From an uncultured Gammaproteobacteria bacterium (GTDB taxonomy: Bacteria; Pseudomonadota; Gammaproteobacteria; Chromatiales; Chromatiaceae), in the NCBI GenBank assembly GCA_963736445.1, contig CAVTOY010000011.1, positions 6,339-70,338 of the forward strand: 64,000 nucleotides of DNA, given 5' to 3'. The notes below the pieces were generated by a model. That model was not told where the DNA came from. It made no database searches and saw only the letters and a program-made list of their open reading frames with translations. Each line of letters starts with the position of its first letter. The first letter of the stretch is position 1. Positions 39,387 through 49,197 of the stretch are shown here, in pieces. The position numbers and the translations under genes are program-made.

Positions 39387-40124
39387 ATGAGCGTGCTACA
39401 CAACAACAGGCGGAGGGGCTTTAGGGCCCTGGCCCGCGTTCTGGGCTTCGCAGCGGCGCTCGTCTACCCGACGTTCGCCGCTGCCCTTTCTATGGTCTTA
39501 CCGACCGCCGGTGCGGGCGGGACCTTCACGGTCGACGTCGTCAGTTTCAAGGAATCACGTTTTCAGACCATTCTGCGCCAGCAGTACGATTACAGCTGCG
39601 GCTCGGCCGCCGTGGCCTCGCTGTTGAGCTTTCACTACAACGACCCTAAGTCCGAGATCGAGGTGTTCAAGGACATGTGGGAACGCGGCGATCAGCAAAA
39701 GATCCAGCGCGAGGGTTTCTCGCTGCTCGACATGAAGACCTACCTCGAGAGCAACGGCTATCGCGCCGATGGCTATCGCCTGCCGCTGGACCGGCTGGTC
39801 AAGGTCGGCGTGCCGGCGATCACACTGATCAACAACAACGGTTACATGCACTTTGTAGTCATCAAGGGGGTCTCCAATGACGAGATCCTGCTCGGTGACC
39901 CGGTGCTCGGCGTCCGCAAGCTGCCGCGCGATGAATTCGACGCCATGTGGCAGGGCGGGATCGTGTTCCTAATCAAGAACAAGGCCAAAATCGCGCGCGC
40001 AAGTTTCAATCGCGACACCGAATGGCAGACGGTTGCGGAAGCACCGTTGGATGTGGGCAAGGCGATGAGCGTGCGTTCTCTCGCCGATTTCAACCTGCTG
40101 CTGCCGGCTCGTTCGGACTTCTGA
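39387..40124 (+). CDS. C39-family peptidase, FapD-like
   Basis: RQQYDYSCGSAA, GFSLLDMK, HFVVIKG, LGDP; N-terminal export signal. Confidence 0.92.
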   Translation: MSVLHNNRRRGFRALARVLGFAAALVYPTFAAALSMVLPTAGAGGTFTVDVVSFKESRFQTILRQQYDYSCGSAAVASLLSFHYNDPKSEIEVFKDMWERGDQQKIQREGFSLLDMKTYLESNGYRADGYRLPLDRLVKVGVPAITLINNNGYMHFVVIKGVSNDEILLGDPVLGVRKLPRDEFDAMWQGGIVFLIKNKAKIARASFNRDTEWQTVAEAPLDVGKAMSVRSLADFNLLLPARSDF

Positions 40125-40140
40125 CGGTGGCAAGGATCAC

Positions 40141-41493
40141 GTGACCGTGAAACAGCAGACGATCAAACACCTCCCTGCCCTGGCCGTGACCAGCGCGCTG
40201 TTCGCGCTGGGCGTCGGGCTTACGTCTGCCGGACTGATCACCGGCGGCGCTATCCCGCGGCTTCTGTCGGGTGATACACAGGCGTCGGCTGCACCGCGGC
40301 AAGATGAGGTGCAAACGCCGCAATCCGGCCACCAGGCGCTCAGCGAACTGGAGCGTTCCCTGCAGCGGCTTTCGGCGCCGAAAACGCACAATGAGCCGCA
40401 TGATCACCGCGCCAGCCCGGAACGCGTGCAGTGGATGCTGTCCGAATCGAGCGCCGGCCGCACTGACCGCTTGGCAGTGGAGACGGGCCCGCGCATCGCG
40501 GGTCGGATCGATCGGCCAGCCACGCAGGGCGGCGCCGCGGCGTTCATCGCCAGCGTCGCGGTGGATCTGACCCGGATCGGGCACGACCTTGGCGTGGCGG
40601 CGCCGCGCAAGGACACGCCCAAGATCGGCGTCGCTATGCTGGATACCGCACTGCAGCGCTTCGACCGCGTCAGCGGCCCGGTCGCCAGCGACACCTTCGC
40701 ACGCGTCTATCTGGGACTTTCGGAGATGGTGCCGAAGCTCTCCGACAGCGTCGCCTATCATCAAAGCGTTCCCAAGGCAGACCTGCGTGCACAAGTCATC
40801 GAAGCGCGCACTGCCGCATCGCTCGCGGCGTATCCGACGCTGACGACCGCGGGTCCGCTAACCACCCAGATCCACAGGCAGACGATCACGGCACCGCGCC
40901 TGTTGGACGAAATGCTGACGGGCGATACCGCAATGCTCGACGCGGCCCCAATGGAGATCGCCGGCCTTACGGCGCCCGTTGAACAGCTGGCGCTGGGCGC
41001 CATGACGGCCGCCCCAAAAGACCTCGGCAGCGCGCTGCCATATGACGAGGCGCAGCTGGCGCTGGATGACATCGATATCGATGCACTGGGTGATACCGGC
41101 CTGGCCAGCCTGGAGTCGCCAGTCGATGCCGAACAGCTACAGGAGACGCGGGCCGGCTTCGTGCTCGATAACGGCGTCCAGATCGATTTCAACGTCACCC
41201 GCCTGACCGTGATCGAAGAACTCGGCCAGCCGGCGTTGAACCTGACGAATATGCCGCAGGGTCTGAATCAGGCCTCGCTCTCGCGCGTTACGGCCGGCCA
41301 GGAGGGCAATACTCGGGTGATGACGCAGACCCAAGGCATGGCCGCATTTTCGGTGGTGCAGAACAGTCTCGACAACCAGGCGATCTACGACATCACGACC
41401 ATCAACGTCGATATCAAGAACCTCGGGCTGCAAAGCCTGGATTTCGTGCCAGAGAGCCTGCGATCCGATGCGGTCCCGGCTGTCTTGAAATAG
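40141..41493 (+). CDS. FapE-like secreted protein with long N-terminal extension
   Basis: C-terminal VDAEQLQETRAGFVLDNGVQIDF...VVQNSLDNQAI; lies between the C39 peptidase and the transporter. Confidence 0.65.
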   Translation: MTVKQQTIKHLPALAVTSALFALGVGLTSAGLITGGAIPRLLSGDTQASAAPRQDEVQTPQSGHQALSELERSLQRLSAPKTHNEPHDHRASPERVQWMLSESSAGRTDRLAVETGPRIAGRIDRPATQGGAAAFIASVAVDLTRIGHDLGVAAPRKDTPKIGVAMLDTALQRFDRVSGPVASDTFARVYLGLSEMVPKLSDSVAYHQSVPKADLRAQVIEARTAASLAAYPTLTTAGPLTTQIHRQTITAPRLLDEMLTGDTAMLDAAPMEIAGLTAPVEQLALGAMTAAPKDLGSALPYDEAQLALDDIDIDALGDTGLASLESPVDAEQLQETRAGFVLDNGVQIDFNVTRLTVIEELGQPALNLTNMPQGLNQASLSRVTAGQEGNTRVMTQTQGMAAFSVVQNSLDNQAIYDITTINVDIKNLGLQSLDFVPESLRSDAVPAVLK

Positions 41494-41653
41494 GCCGCGA
41501 CCCTCTCCCCGGCAGCGCACAAGATGGCCGGCGGGCCCGGGTAAATCTCTCGTACTGGGAAGGTCCTTCACGAACTTGCCGTCAAGGGCGTTTATAGCGG
41601 GTTCGTGCATGGCATCTAATTGAAAAGATGATATATTTCTGTAAAGGACTACG

Positions 41654-43054
41654 TTGCCAAGAAGTAATATAAAGATGCCTAACAAACCTGTATTGTTTGT
41701 CGTCAGCCTGGTGTTAAGCACCTTGGTCGTAGGCGCCGCGGCGCAATCTCAGGGCGATCAATTCTCCGGCATCAAGCAGCAGCTGACGGCCGAGAAGGAG
41801 GCACTCGAATCCGAAGAACTCAAGAAACTGATTGCGATCGAGCGGCAAAAACTGATGCAGCAGCTCCAGGCCCTGGAGGCGCTGGAGGCGCGGGTTCAGC
41901 AGCTCGAAGGCGACAAACCGGCCGCGGCTCCGGCCGGCCAACCGCAGCAACCCAAACCCAAGGCAGCGCCGGCGGCGGCCGTCGCGGCGAAGACACCCTC
42001 AGAGCCCGGTGCGGCATCCACCGGCTCGGTCGGCGAAGCCCAGAAGGAAGAGGCCGAAAAGGAGCGGGTCAGCGACGCGCGCAAGGTGGCCGCCTTGAGC
42101 GACGATGTCCGCGGTATCCTCACGCCACGCGGCACGCTGACGCTCGAGCCGTCCCTGAAGTACACCCAGACGTCTACCGACCGCGTGTTTCTCGAGGGCT
42201 TCGGGCCCTTGGTGCTGCCTAGCTTCTTTCTCGGCGTCATCGATATCCGTGAGACCGACCGCAAGACCTGGATCGCCGCGCTCACGGCGCGCTATGGGGT
42301 GACCAACCGCCTGCAGGTCGAGGTCAAAGTGCCCTACGTCTGGCGCGACGACAGCACGCGCTCGCGACCGATCTCGCAGTCGCTGTTCTCTGACGATGTG
42401 TTCGATGCCGACGGCAACGACATCGGCGATGTCGAATTCGCGGTCGACTATCAGATCAACGACGGACTGGGTGGGTGGCCGTTCTTTACCGGCAGCCTGC
42501 GCGTCAAGACGGACACTGGTACGGATCCTTATAGTGTCGAGACCTTCGATGTGCTCGTGCAAGACCCTGACGATCCCAACGGCGGTTGTCTGGAGAATGA
42601 CGACGGCGAGTGCCTCATCCAGCGCTTTCCGAAGGAACTCGCGACCGGGACCGGCACCTGGAGTGTTCAGCCCAGCCTCACCTTCCTCTACCCGACCGAC
42701 CCGGCGGTCTTTTACGGCACCGTCGACTACAGTTTCAACCTGGAGCATGATTTCGGCGGCGACATCGGCAAGATCGACCCAGGCGATGCGCTCGGCCTCA
42801 GCGGCGGCATGGGTTTTGGGATCAACGACAGGTCTTCGTTCAGCATCGGCTTCTCGTACAAGCACGGATTCGATACCAAGCAAGGGGGCACAAAGTTGAA
42901 GGGCTCCGATTATGACATCGGCCAGATGCTGTTCGGTTACTCCTTCCGCATGACACAAGACACCAATGTCAACCTGTCGGTGGGGGTCGGTGTGACCGAC
43001 GATGCCCAGGACTTCGAGCTTAATCTGCGCGTTCCGACGAACTTTGCGCTCTGA
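41654..43054 (+). CDS. FapF-like outer-membrane beta-barrel transporter
   Basis: Signal peptide, N-terminal coiled coil, GILTPRGTLTLEPS, RYGVTNRLQVEVKVPY, DIGD, LATGTG, DPAVFY, C-terminal DAQDFELNLRVPTNF. Alternative start at 41675. Confidence 0.85.
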   Translation: MPRSNIKMPNKPVLFVVSLVLSTLVVGAAAQSQGDQFSGIKQQLTAEKEALESEELKKLIAIERQKLMQQLQALEALEARVQQLEGDKPAAAPAGQPQQPKPKAAPAAAVAAKTPSEPGAASTGSVGEAQKEEAEKERVSDARKVAALSDDVRGILTPRGTLTLEPSLKYTQTSTDRVFLEGFGPLVLPSFFLGVIDIRETDRKTWIAALTARYGVTNRLQVEVKVPYVWRDDSTRSRPISQSLFSDDVFDADGNDIGDVEFAVDYQINDGLGGWPFFTGSLRVKTDTGTDPYSVETFDVLVQDPDDPNGGCLENDDGECLIQRFPKELATGTGTWSVQPSLTFLYPTDPAVFYGTVDYSFNLEHDFGGDIGKIDPGDALGLSGGMGFGINDRSSFSIGFSYKHGFDTKQGGTKLKGSDYDIGQMLFGYSFRMTQDTNVNLSVGVGVTDDAQDFELNLRVPTNFAL

Positions 43055-43066
43055 GGGCCGCACACA

Positions 43067-43345
43067 ATGAAGAGACATACCTTGGTACTACTGACCGTGG
43101 TCGTGGCCGGCTGCGCCGGCACGCAGGAAGGCGGACAGGGGGGCGCAGAGAATCCGTCGGAGTACTGCCGTAGTCAGGGCATTGCAGAAGGCACGGACGG
43201 CTTCCGCAACTGCGTGAGCAACTACATCCATCAGTACTGTATGTCACAGGGCCTGACCATTGGTACCGAGGAATACGCCAGCTGCGAGGCCAGCCTGCGC
43301 AACGCGAGTTTCCTGCGTCAACAGCTGCAGATGCGCGGTCTGTAG
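43067..43345 (+). CDS. Small Cys-containing lipoprotein
   Basis: Lipobox VAGC; two YC.SQG...GT....C repeats; 12 bp after the transporter gene. Confidence 0.8.
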   Translation: MKRHTLVLLTVVVAGCAGTQEGGQGGAENPSEYCRSQGIAEGTDGFRNCVSNYIHQYCMSQGLTIGTEEYASCEASLRNASFLRQQLQMRGL

Positions 43346-43428
43346 ATCGTATATTCGGGGTGGTGGTGCGATCAGCGTACCGCACCCGATTCGATAGCGA
43401 CCAGCGTGCGGTGCGCTACGGCTTGCGC

Positions 43429-43686
43429 TTACGATTTGGTCGAGACCGTCTCCAATAGCCTTTCCCACCAGTGCGCGGGCTCGATCCCATAGAGCAGATA
43501 CTGCAGCAAGACGAAGACACCTGCGATTAGCGCGGCGACCAGGAGCAGCAGCGCCAGGCTCGCCCAGAAGTGGCCGGGTTCCGGTTCGTACTGCACGGCC
43601 GGCCGATCCTCTATCGGGTCGGGGTCGGGCGCTCGACCTGATCGCTCGTTCTGCGCCCTTCTCAGGGAATCAAGTATGCGGGACAT
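43429..43686 (-). CDS. Short GspB/ExeB-like membrane protein
   Basis: MSRILDSLRRAQNER resembles the GspB N-terminus; one TM helix; directly downstream of exeA. Confidence 0.65.
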   Translation of the reverse strand: MSRILDSLRRAQNERSGRAPDPDPIEDRPAVQYEPEPGHFWASLALLLLVAALIAGVFVLLQYLLYGIEPAHWWERLLETVSTKS

Positions 43687-43698
43687 TGGGCCTCATCT

Positions 43699-45750
43699 TC
43701 AGCTGCCTGATGCAGCCAGTCTGTTCTGCAGCAGGATAAAGGTACGCGGCCCTACGACCCCGTCAGGCCTCAGGCCCTGCTCGCGCTGGAACTTTTTCAC
43801 GCGCGCGACCAAGGGTTCGTCGATCACATCACCGCTGGTGGTCTTGCCCTCGATCTGATCGATGGCGCGACGCAGCCACAGCGCCGGCGGACCCGTCGTG
43901 CCCAAGACAAGATTGCCTTTGAAATCACCCGCCCGGCGCCAGAGCAGTAGAAACTTGCCGTCCCAAACCTCGCCCAGCGCGGTTGCGGGAATCACGTGTC
44001 TGCGGTCGAGCACATCCAGCACCACGCTGTCGGGGCTCGCCTTCATCACCACGGCGTAGGACGACACCTCGCCGATGGTCAGATACAGGATCGCTGGCCG
44101 ATCATAGCGATGCAACCCTGCCAGACCGCTCGCCTCGTTGAGACAGCTGAGGCCCTGTTCCGCCGCACTCCGACAGAAATCCAGCCCGGGCGACGTATCT
44201 TTAACGCCCCACATGGAGAGCAGCTTGCGCTCAGCATAGCGTCGCGTGTAATCGTCGAGCGTCTGATCGCCGGGCAGCCCCGAGGGGCGACCGTCCATAG
44301 CTGGTGATGTTACTGTTTCTGCTTTTTTCGGGACGGCTGCCGCAGATGGTGATGTTACTGACTGCGGCACCGCTGGCGATATGGGTGACGGCGGCGTCGC
44401 TGCGGCGTCGCCCCCGGCAGTGCTGTCCGCCGAGCCCGCTAGGCTATCGCCCGGGACCGCCGGCGCCTGCTGCATGATAATTGGGGGCTCGACCTCGACC
44501 GACGCGGTTTCTGCAGCAGCGGACGCCATCTGGGTATCGGCCGCGATCGGCGTGCGGTCCGCCGCAGGGGTTTCCAGTGCGGTGTCGAGCCCGTCCTGAG
44601 GCGCCGCCGGGTCGGACATCACCACCCCAGACGGGGTTTCCGGCGTCGGCGCTGGTGTGATTGGGGCCGTGCGCTCCACTGCGGGTATCTCGGGCATCGC
44701 CGGCCGCTGGGCCGGTGGTGCAGTGGCAGACTGCGGAGGCGGCGCGTTCGCCGCCGGCGGCCTCCCGCCTTCGATACCCTGCAGGTCCGCCACACGGCTA
44801 TCGAACCAGGGACGCACGGCCCCCAGGTTCATCCAGTAGGCCGCGCCGAATGCCACCGCGGCCAGCATGACGACCGCACCGAACACCATAGCCGCCTTGC
44901 CGATCCCGCCGCGTGATGACTCGCCGTTGCCGAGCACGCGCCGTTCGGCGTCCCCGATGATCTTGGCGTCTATCTTTTCCGCAGAACGCTGGTAGGCACT
45001 GAGCAAGGCCTTGTCGCACAGCACATTGATCAGGCGCGGCACGCCCTTGGAGAAGGCATAGATCCTGCGGATCGCCGATGCCGTGAACGGGATGTCCTGC
45101 GCGCCGGCCACCTCGAGGCGCCGCTCGATGTAGGCACGAGTCTCGCTCTTGTTCAGGGGCCCTAGGTGAAAACGCGAGGTGATCCGCTGTGACACCTGGA
45201 GCAGTTCCGGGCGCTTGAGCATGTCGCGCAGTTCAGGCTGCCCGATCAGGAAGATCTGCAGCAGCTTGTCGGTATTGCTCTCCAGATTGGTTAGCAGGCG
45301 GATCTGCTCGAGCAGCTCGTGGGTGAGATTCTGGGCCTCATCAACGATCAGGATGGTCTTGTGTCCAACCGCATAGACCTGCAGCAGAAAGCGATTGAGA
45401 TTGTCGATCAGATTCTTGTTGGAGTCGCGGTTGCCCTCGATCACCAGGTCCAGTTCATCGCAGATCGTCAGCAGGAACTCGTTCAGCGTGAGCACCGGAT
45501 TGAGGATCAGGACAACCTCTGTCTTCGGCGGGAGCCGCTCGAGGAAGGTCCGGCAGATCGTGGTCTTCCCGGTGCCGACGTCACCGCTCAGCAGGACGAA
45601 ACCGTTACCGCCACTGGCCGCACCGTAATCGAGATGTTCCAGCGCCGCGCGATGACTCTCGCTCAGATAGACAAATCGCGGGTCCGGGGTGATCGAAAAC
45701 GGATGTTCTCTGAGACCGAAGTATTGCTCGTATGCGTACGTGGTGCTCAC
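43699..45750 (-). CDS. exeA: ExeA/GspA-family AAA ATPase with TM helix and C-terminal peptidoglycan-binding domain
   Basis: YFGLREHPFSITPDP, GDVGTGKTT, IVDEAQNL, LIGQPEL, GVPRLIN; FQREQGLRPDGVVGPRT. GTG start at 45750 inferred. Confidence 0.88.
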   Translation of the reverse strand: MSTTYAYEQYFGLREHPFSITPDPRFVYLSESHRAALEHLDYGAASGGNGFVLLSGDVGTGKTTICRTFLERLPPKTEVVLILNPVLTLNEFLLTICDELDLVIEGNRDSNKNLIDNLNRFLLQVYAVGHKTILIVDEAQNLTHELLEQIRLLTNLESNTDKLLQIFLIGQPELRDMLKRPELLQVSQRITSRFHLGPLNKSETRAYIERRLEVAGAQDIPFTASAIRRIYAFSKGVPRLINVLCDKALLSAYQRSAEKIDAKIIGDAERRVLGNGESSRGGIGKAAMVFGAVVMLAAVAFGAAYWMNLGAVRPWFDSRVADLQGIEGGRPPAANAPPPQSATAPPAQRPAMPEIPAVERTAPITPAPTPETPSGVVMSDPAAPQDGLDTALETPAADRTPIAADTQMASAAAETASVEVEPPIIMQQAPAVPGDSLAGSADSTAGGDAAATPPSPISPAVPQSVTSPSAAAVPKKAETVTSPAMDGRPSGLPGDQTLDDYTRRYAERKLLSMWGVKDTSPGLDFCRSAAEQGLSCLNEASGLAGLHRYDRPAILYLTIGEVSSYAVVMKASPDSVVLDVLDRRHVIPATALGEVWDGKFLLLWRRAGDFKGNLVLGTTGPPALWLRRAIDQIEGKTTSGDVIDEPLVARVKKFQREQGLRPDGVVGPRTFILLQNRLAASGS

Positions 45751-45954
45751 AAGAATCCTGACTTCAAGAGACTGCAATCTTGATGATGACGACTACGCAT
45801 GATTATCGGATCTTGCAGTGGGCATTGTCTAACGCCGCAACACGGCGCCTTCCAGATTTTGCGTCCAGGGGAATGAAAAGTTTAGTCGAGACGGGCCGTA
45901 AATGGCGGAATCCGGCTGCGGCCTAAGCGCCAAGGCCAATACCGCACCCGACCG

Positions 45955-46305
45955 CTACTGTGCGGCGGCCATGACCTCGCTCAACGCCAGCAGGCCAGCC
46001 TGCGAGGGGGCATCGATGTCGATGATCTGCAGACCAGCCCAGTACGCATCCGGCTGATTGGAGTCGGATCGCCACAGCACCATTAGGCCCGCGGTAAACC
46101 GCTTGCTCTGGCCATCGGGGCCGGTCGCACGACACTCCACTTGATAAAGATTTTCTATCTCGATAGCGTGCGGCGTCAGCAGCATCAGGCCACCCGGCGA
46201 TAAATTGACGACTTCGCCCAGCCGGTCGCCGCTGACCTGATCGATCAACTCGGCGCGCCAGCCCTTGGCATCGAGTGCAATGCGGGTATGCTGTCTCTTT
46301 TCCAC
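45955..46305 (-). CDS. PilZ domain protein
   Basis: EKRQHTR (RxxxR) and NLSPGG ([D/N]xSxxG). Confidence 0.9.
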   Translation of the reverse strand: MEKRQHTRIALDAKGWRAELIDQVSGDRLGEVVNLSPGGLMLLTPHAIEIENLYQVECRATGPDGQSKRFTAGLMVLWRSDSNQPDAYWAGLQIIDIDAPSQAGLLALSEVMAAAQ

Positions 46306-46328
46306 GCGGTGTCTCCCAAAGGCCGGCG

Positions 46329-48971
46329 TCAGGTGCGATTTTCGAGGTTTTGCAGGGCACGCCGCAGGGACGACTCGACGTAAGACGTGCCGGTGGCATG
46401 CAGTACGTGCGCGCCCTCCTTGTCGAAACGATTGGCGAGCTCTCGCAGCGGCATGACCAGCGCCTTGGCGCCCGCCTGATCGACGAACAGGAATCGCTCG
46501 GTCTTCGGGTTGAACCAGGAGAGCTTGACGACCTGATCCGCATCTTCGCCCTCACTATGAAAGGTCACCCAGCTGCCGGGCGGCAGCTGCGGCAGGCGCT
46601 TGAGCAGCGACTTGCCGTCCTTGGAGAGCTTGATCTTTGCTGGCGGAATGGCGGATGTCGCGGCCGGCGCGCTGGCGACATGCGGGATGTCGGTCAGCAC
46701 GATCTCCTCATCCGGCGAAAACAGCTCGAAGAGCTGTTGCACTTTGCTTTCGTAATGCGGGATGGCGTCGCCGAGCCGCTGTCCCAGCTCATCATGCAGG
46801 GCCTGTAGGTCGCCATCGTCCGGCCGGGTGCCGGTGGCCAGGCCATCGATGAAGGTGCGCAGTCGCCTACCCAGCTCCTGGGCGCCCTGCCAGTTGGGGG
46901 TGTTGATGTTGCCGTTGCTGCGCAGGTAGAGCAGTGTCAAGTAATCGGTCCAGGGACCGGTCATGAAATCCTGATAGCGCTGCGGCGCCGCTGCCGCTGT
47001 CAGGAAAGCCTGCGCAATCTGGCCCGCCATCTCGCGCGCCTCTTCCAGCCGCGCCTTGCCTTTTTCCGTCTCCAGCGTGCGGACTTCGCGCGTCTGCTGA
47101 CGCTCGGACAGCAGTTGGATATCGGCCGACAGCTCGGCCTCGAGTTGCTCGAACAGCTGCGCGGAATACTCCCCGGTGTGTGAAATGGAATCGACCACCC
47201 ACTGCAGTTTGGGATACATGCCACGGGTGAGGTCGCGCTCGTCCACCCAGCGCAACCCCGCCTCGACCATCTTGTCGAACAGGCGCCGCGCCGGGTGATC
47301 CGGATGCCTCAGGAAGCTGCGGTCGCGCACCGCCAGTTTGAGGTAAGGTGTGTGCAGATGGCTGAGCAGGGCCTTGACGGTATTGGCCAGGCGGTCGTCG
47401 TTGAGCATGGCCTCGAACAGCATCCCGACGATGTCAATAGTGTCTTCATCGACATGACTGAGCTTGTCGTCGCCGACCATCTCCTTGATCCGCTCGCGCT
47501 GCGTCGACAGGGCCCTGCGCAGCCTTTCGAGCAGTGTCCTGGAGACGACGACCTGGCGCACACCGGTCTCACGCACGCCGGTCTCGGGGAGTGCAGCAAA
47601 TTGCTGGATCTGTGGGCTATCGATAACCGCCGCCACCGCGACGGGCGGCGCGGGCGATACCGGGTCGGGACGCAGAGTGGTGGTGCCATCGGGGTTTTGA
47701 CGCATGCGGCGCGCCGTCAGGAGTTCGCGTATCCGGCCCAGCAATTGATCACCGAGCTCCAGGCCGCTGTCGCCCGCGAGATCTGCGGTCCCCGCCGCTC
47801 CACCGTACCCTGCGTCCCGCGCTCCACCCTGTCCCTCTGTGGCAGTTGCTTGGCTTCCTGTTCCTACCCCGGCCGCCCTACCCTGCGCCGCCCCGGCAGG
47901 GTGCGGCGCACCGCCCGTGGTAGCACTGCCCCGGTGGCCCGCTGCGCCACCCGAGGTGTGGCCGCCGCCGGCGTATCTCGCGCCGTCAGACCCCGACCGA
48001 GCATGCCCCCTGACGCCCTGTGTTGACGCACCTGCCGCGGCCTGGGCATGGCCGATGAAACCACCGAAACCGGGGGCGCCGGCTGCGGCGCTGCCCGTCG
48101 GCTGCGCCTTACTGGGTCTGGCCTGGCCCGGCTTGATCTTCACTTGGTACTTGAGATTCGGCAGGATGCCGGCCTGACGCAGCGATTCGTTCAGTTCTTC
48201 GTGCCAGGGCGGCGACTTGCGGACCACCTCGCGCTCGAACAGCGTGTAGATCGCCAGCAATACCTCACGCTCAACATTCAGCACATGCGCTGAGCGTTCG
48301 AACACATCCACCAGTTGATGCGGCCCGGCGGGCACGTCGGCAAATTCCAAGGCCGGCCCACCGGTCACTACACCCAGGCGCTGCGCCAGGGCGTAATAGA
48401 GTTCCTGATGATTTTGTACCGCCTGGTCGGCGATGGTCTGCAGCGCCAGGCTGCGCTCATAGGCGTCTTTGCTGACCAGGCTCAAGACCTCCGCGCCCGG
48501 CGCGTCTTCGCGTTCGGCGGGACGCATGAACTTGAACAGATCGCGGAAGAGGTTCTCGTTGAACAGCGATACGACCTGTTCCTGCTTCAACCACAACTCG
48601 CGTTTGCCCTCGAAGAAACGGACCTGGATCACGTTGCTCTCGGCCTTCTCGGCATACTCGAGCATTACCTCCCCAGCGGATTCGAAAAGGTCTTTCATCA
48701 TGCCCTGCGCGGCAGGCACGATGTCTCCGCGCCAGGTCGTCAACAGGGCCTTTATTTGTTCCTTTCTCACGGATTGCGTTGGATCCGAATCACTGCGACA
48801 AGTGTAACGATGACAATTTAAAGGGCTGTCGTCCAGAAGCAAACAGGTTGCAGGGTCGGGACAGATCGGACGGCACCGTGTGAGAGAAATCGCATTGGAA
48901 CTCGCACCCTGAGATTGGGAAGCAGACTCTGCACTGTACCCAGGCCAGGACGTTTGGCCTTCATCAATCAT
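46329..48971 (-). CDS. DUF1631 family protein
   Basis: EDTIDIVGMLFEAML.D, LSHLHTPYLKLA..D.SF...HPARRL, KLSW...RFLFVDQAG; true start may be the GTG at 48770. Confidence 0.8.
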   Translation of the reverse strand: MIDEGQTSWPGYSAESASQSQGASSNAISLTRCRPICPDPATCLLLDDSPLNCHRYTCRSDSDPTQSVRKEQIKALLTTWRGDIVPAAQGMMKDLFESAGEVMLEYAEKAESNVIQVRFFEGKRELWLKQEQVVSLFNENLFRDLFKFMRPAEREDAPGAEVLSLVSKDAYERSLALQTIADQAVQNHQELYYALAQRLGVVTGGPALEFADVPAGPHQLVDVFERSAHVLNVEREVLLAIYTLFEREVVRKSPPWHEELNESLRQAGILPNLKYQVKIKPGQARPSKAQPTGSAAAGAPGFGGFIGHAQAAAGASTQGVRGHARSGSDGARYAGGGHTSGGAAGHRGSATTGGAPHPAGAAQGRAAGVGTGSQATATEGQGGARDAGYGGAAGTADLAGDSGLELGDQLLGRIRELLTARRMRQNPDGTTTLRPDPVSPAPPVAVAAVIDSPQIQQFAALPETGVRETGVRQVVVSRTLLERLRRALSTQRERIKEMVGDDKLSHVDEDTIDIVGMLFEAMLNDDRLANTVKALLSHLHTPYLKLAVRDRSFLRHPDHPARRLFDKMVEAGLRWVDERDLTRGMYPKLQWVVDSISHTGEYSAQLFEQLEAELSADIQLLSERQQTREVRTLETEKGKARLEEAREMAGQIAQAFLTAAAAPQRYQDFMTGPWTDYLTLLYLRSNGNINTPNWQGAQELGRRLRTFIDGLATGTRPDDGDLQALHDELGQRLGDAIPHYESKVQQLFELFSPDEEIVLTDIPHVASAPAATSAIPPAKIKLSKDGKSLLKRLPQLPPGSWVTFHSEGEDADQVVKLSWFNPKTERFLFVDQAGAKALVMPLRELANRFDKEGAHVLHATGTSYVESSLRRALQNLENRT

Positions 48972-49127
48972 CGGCCGACATCAGGCGCACCTGAACAGGC
49001 AATAGAAGTGGTCAGGCCCTTCGGCTACACAACATAGACTCCTTAATCGCCAGAACCTTTTTACAAAGGGAGTAGAAGTAGGCTTCTAGGAAGCTAATTT
49101 CATTTAAAAAACAGCGTTTTACAAGTT

Positions 49128-49143
49128 TGGCCCTTTAGTTGCT
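49128..49143 (+). promoter_or_regulatory. Sigma54 promoter with upstream TTTACA (PEP-CTERM box-like) sites
   Basis: TGGCCC-TTTAG-TTGCT; TTTACA at 49060-49065 and 49118-49123. Confidence 0.65.
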
Positions 49144-49197
49144 CGGGATGGTCAAGTAGCCAGTCTTCGCCGTAACGCAGTACAGAGACAATCTCAC

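Noticed and set aside
41609-41625. Internal sigma54 promoter TGGCATCTAATTGA before the barrel gene
   Set aside because: Spacing is one base short and the -12 GC is missing.
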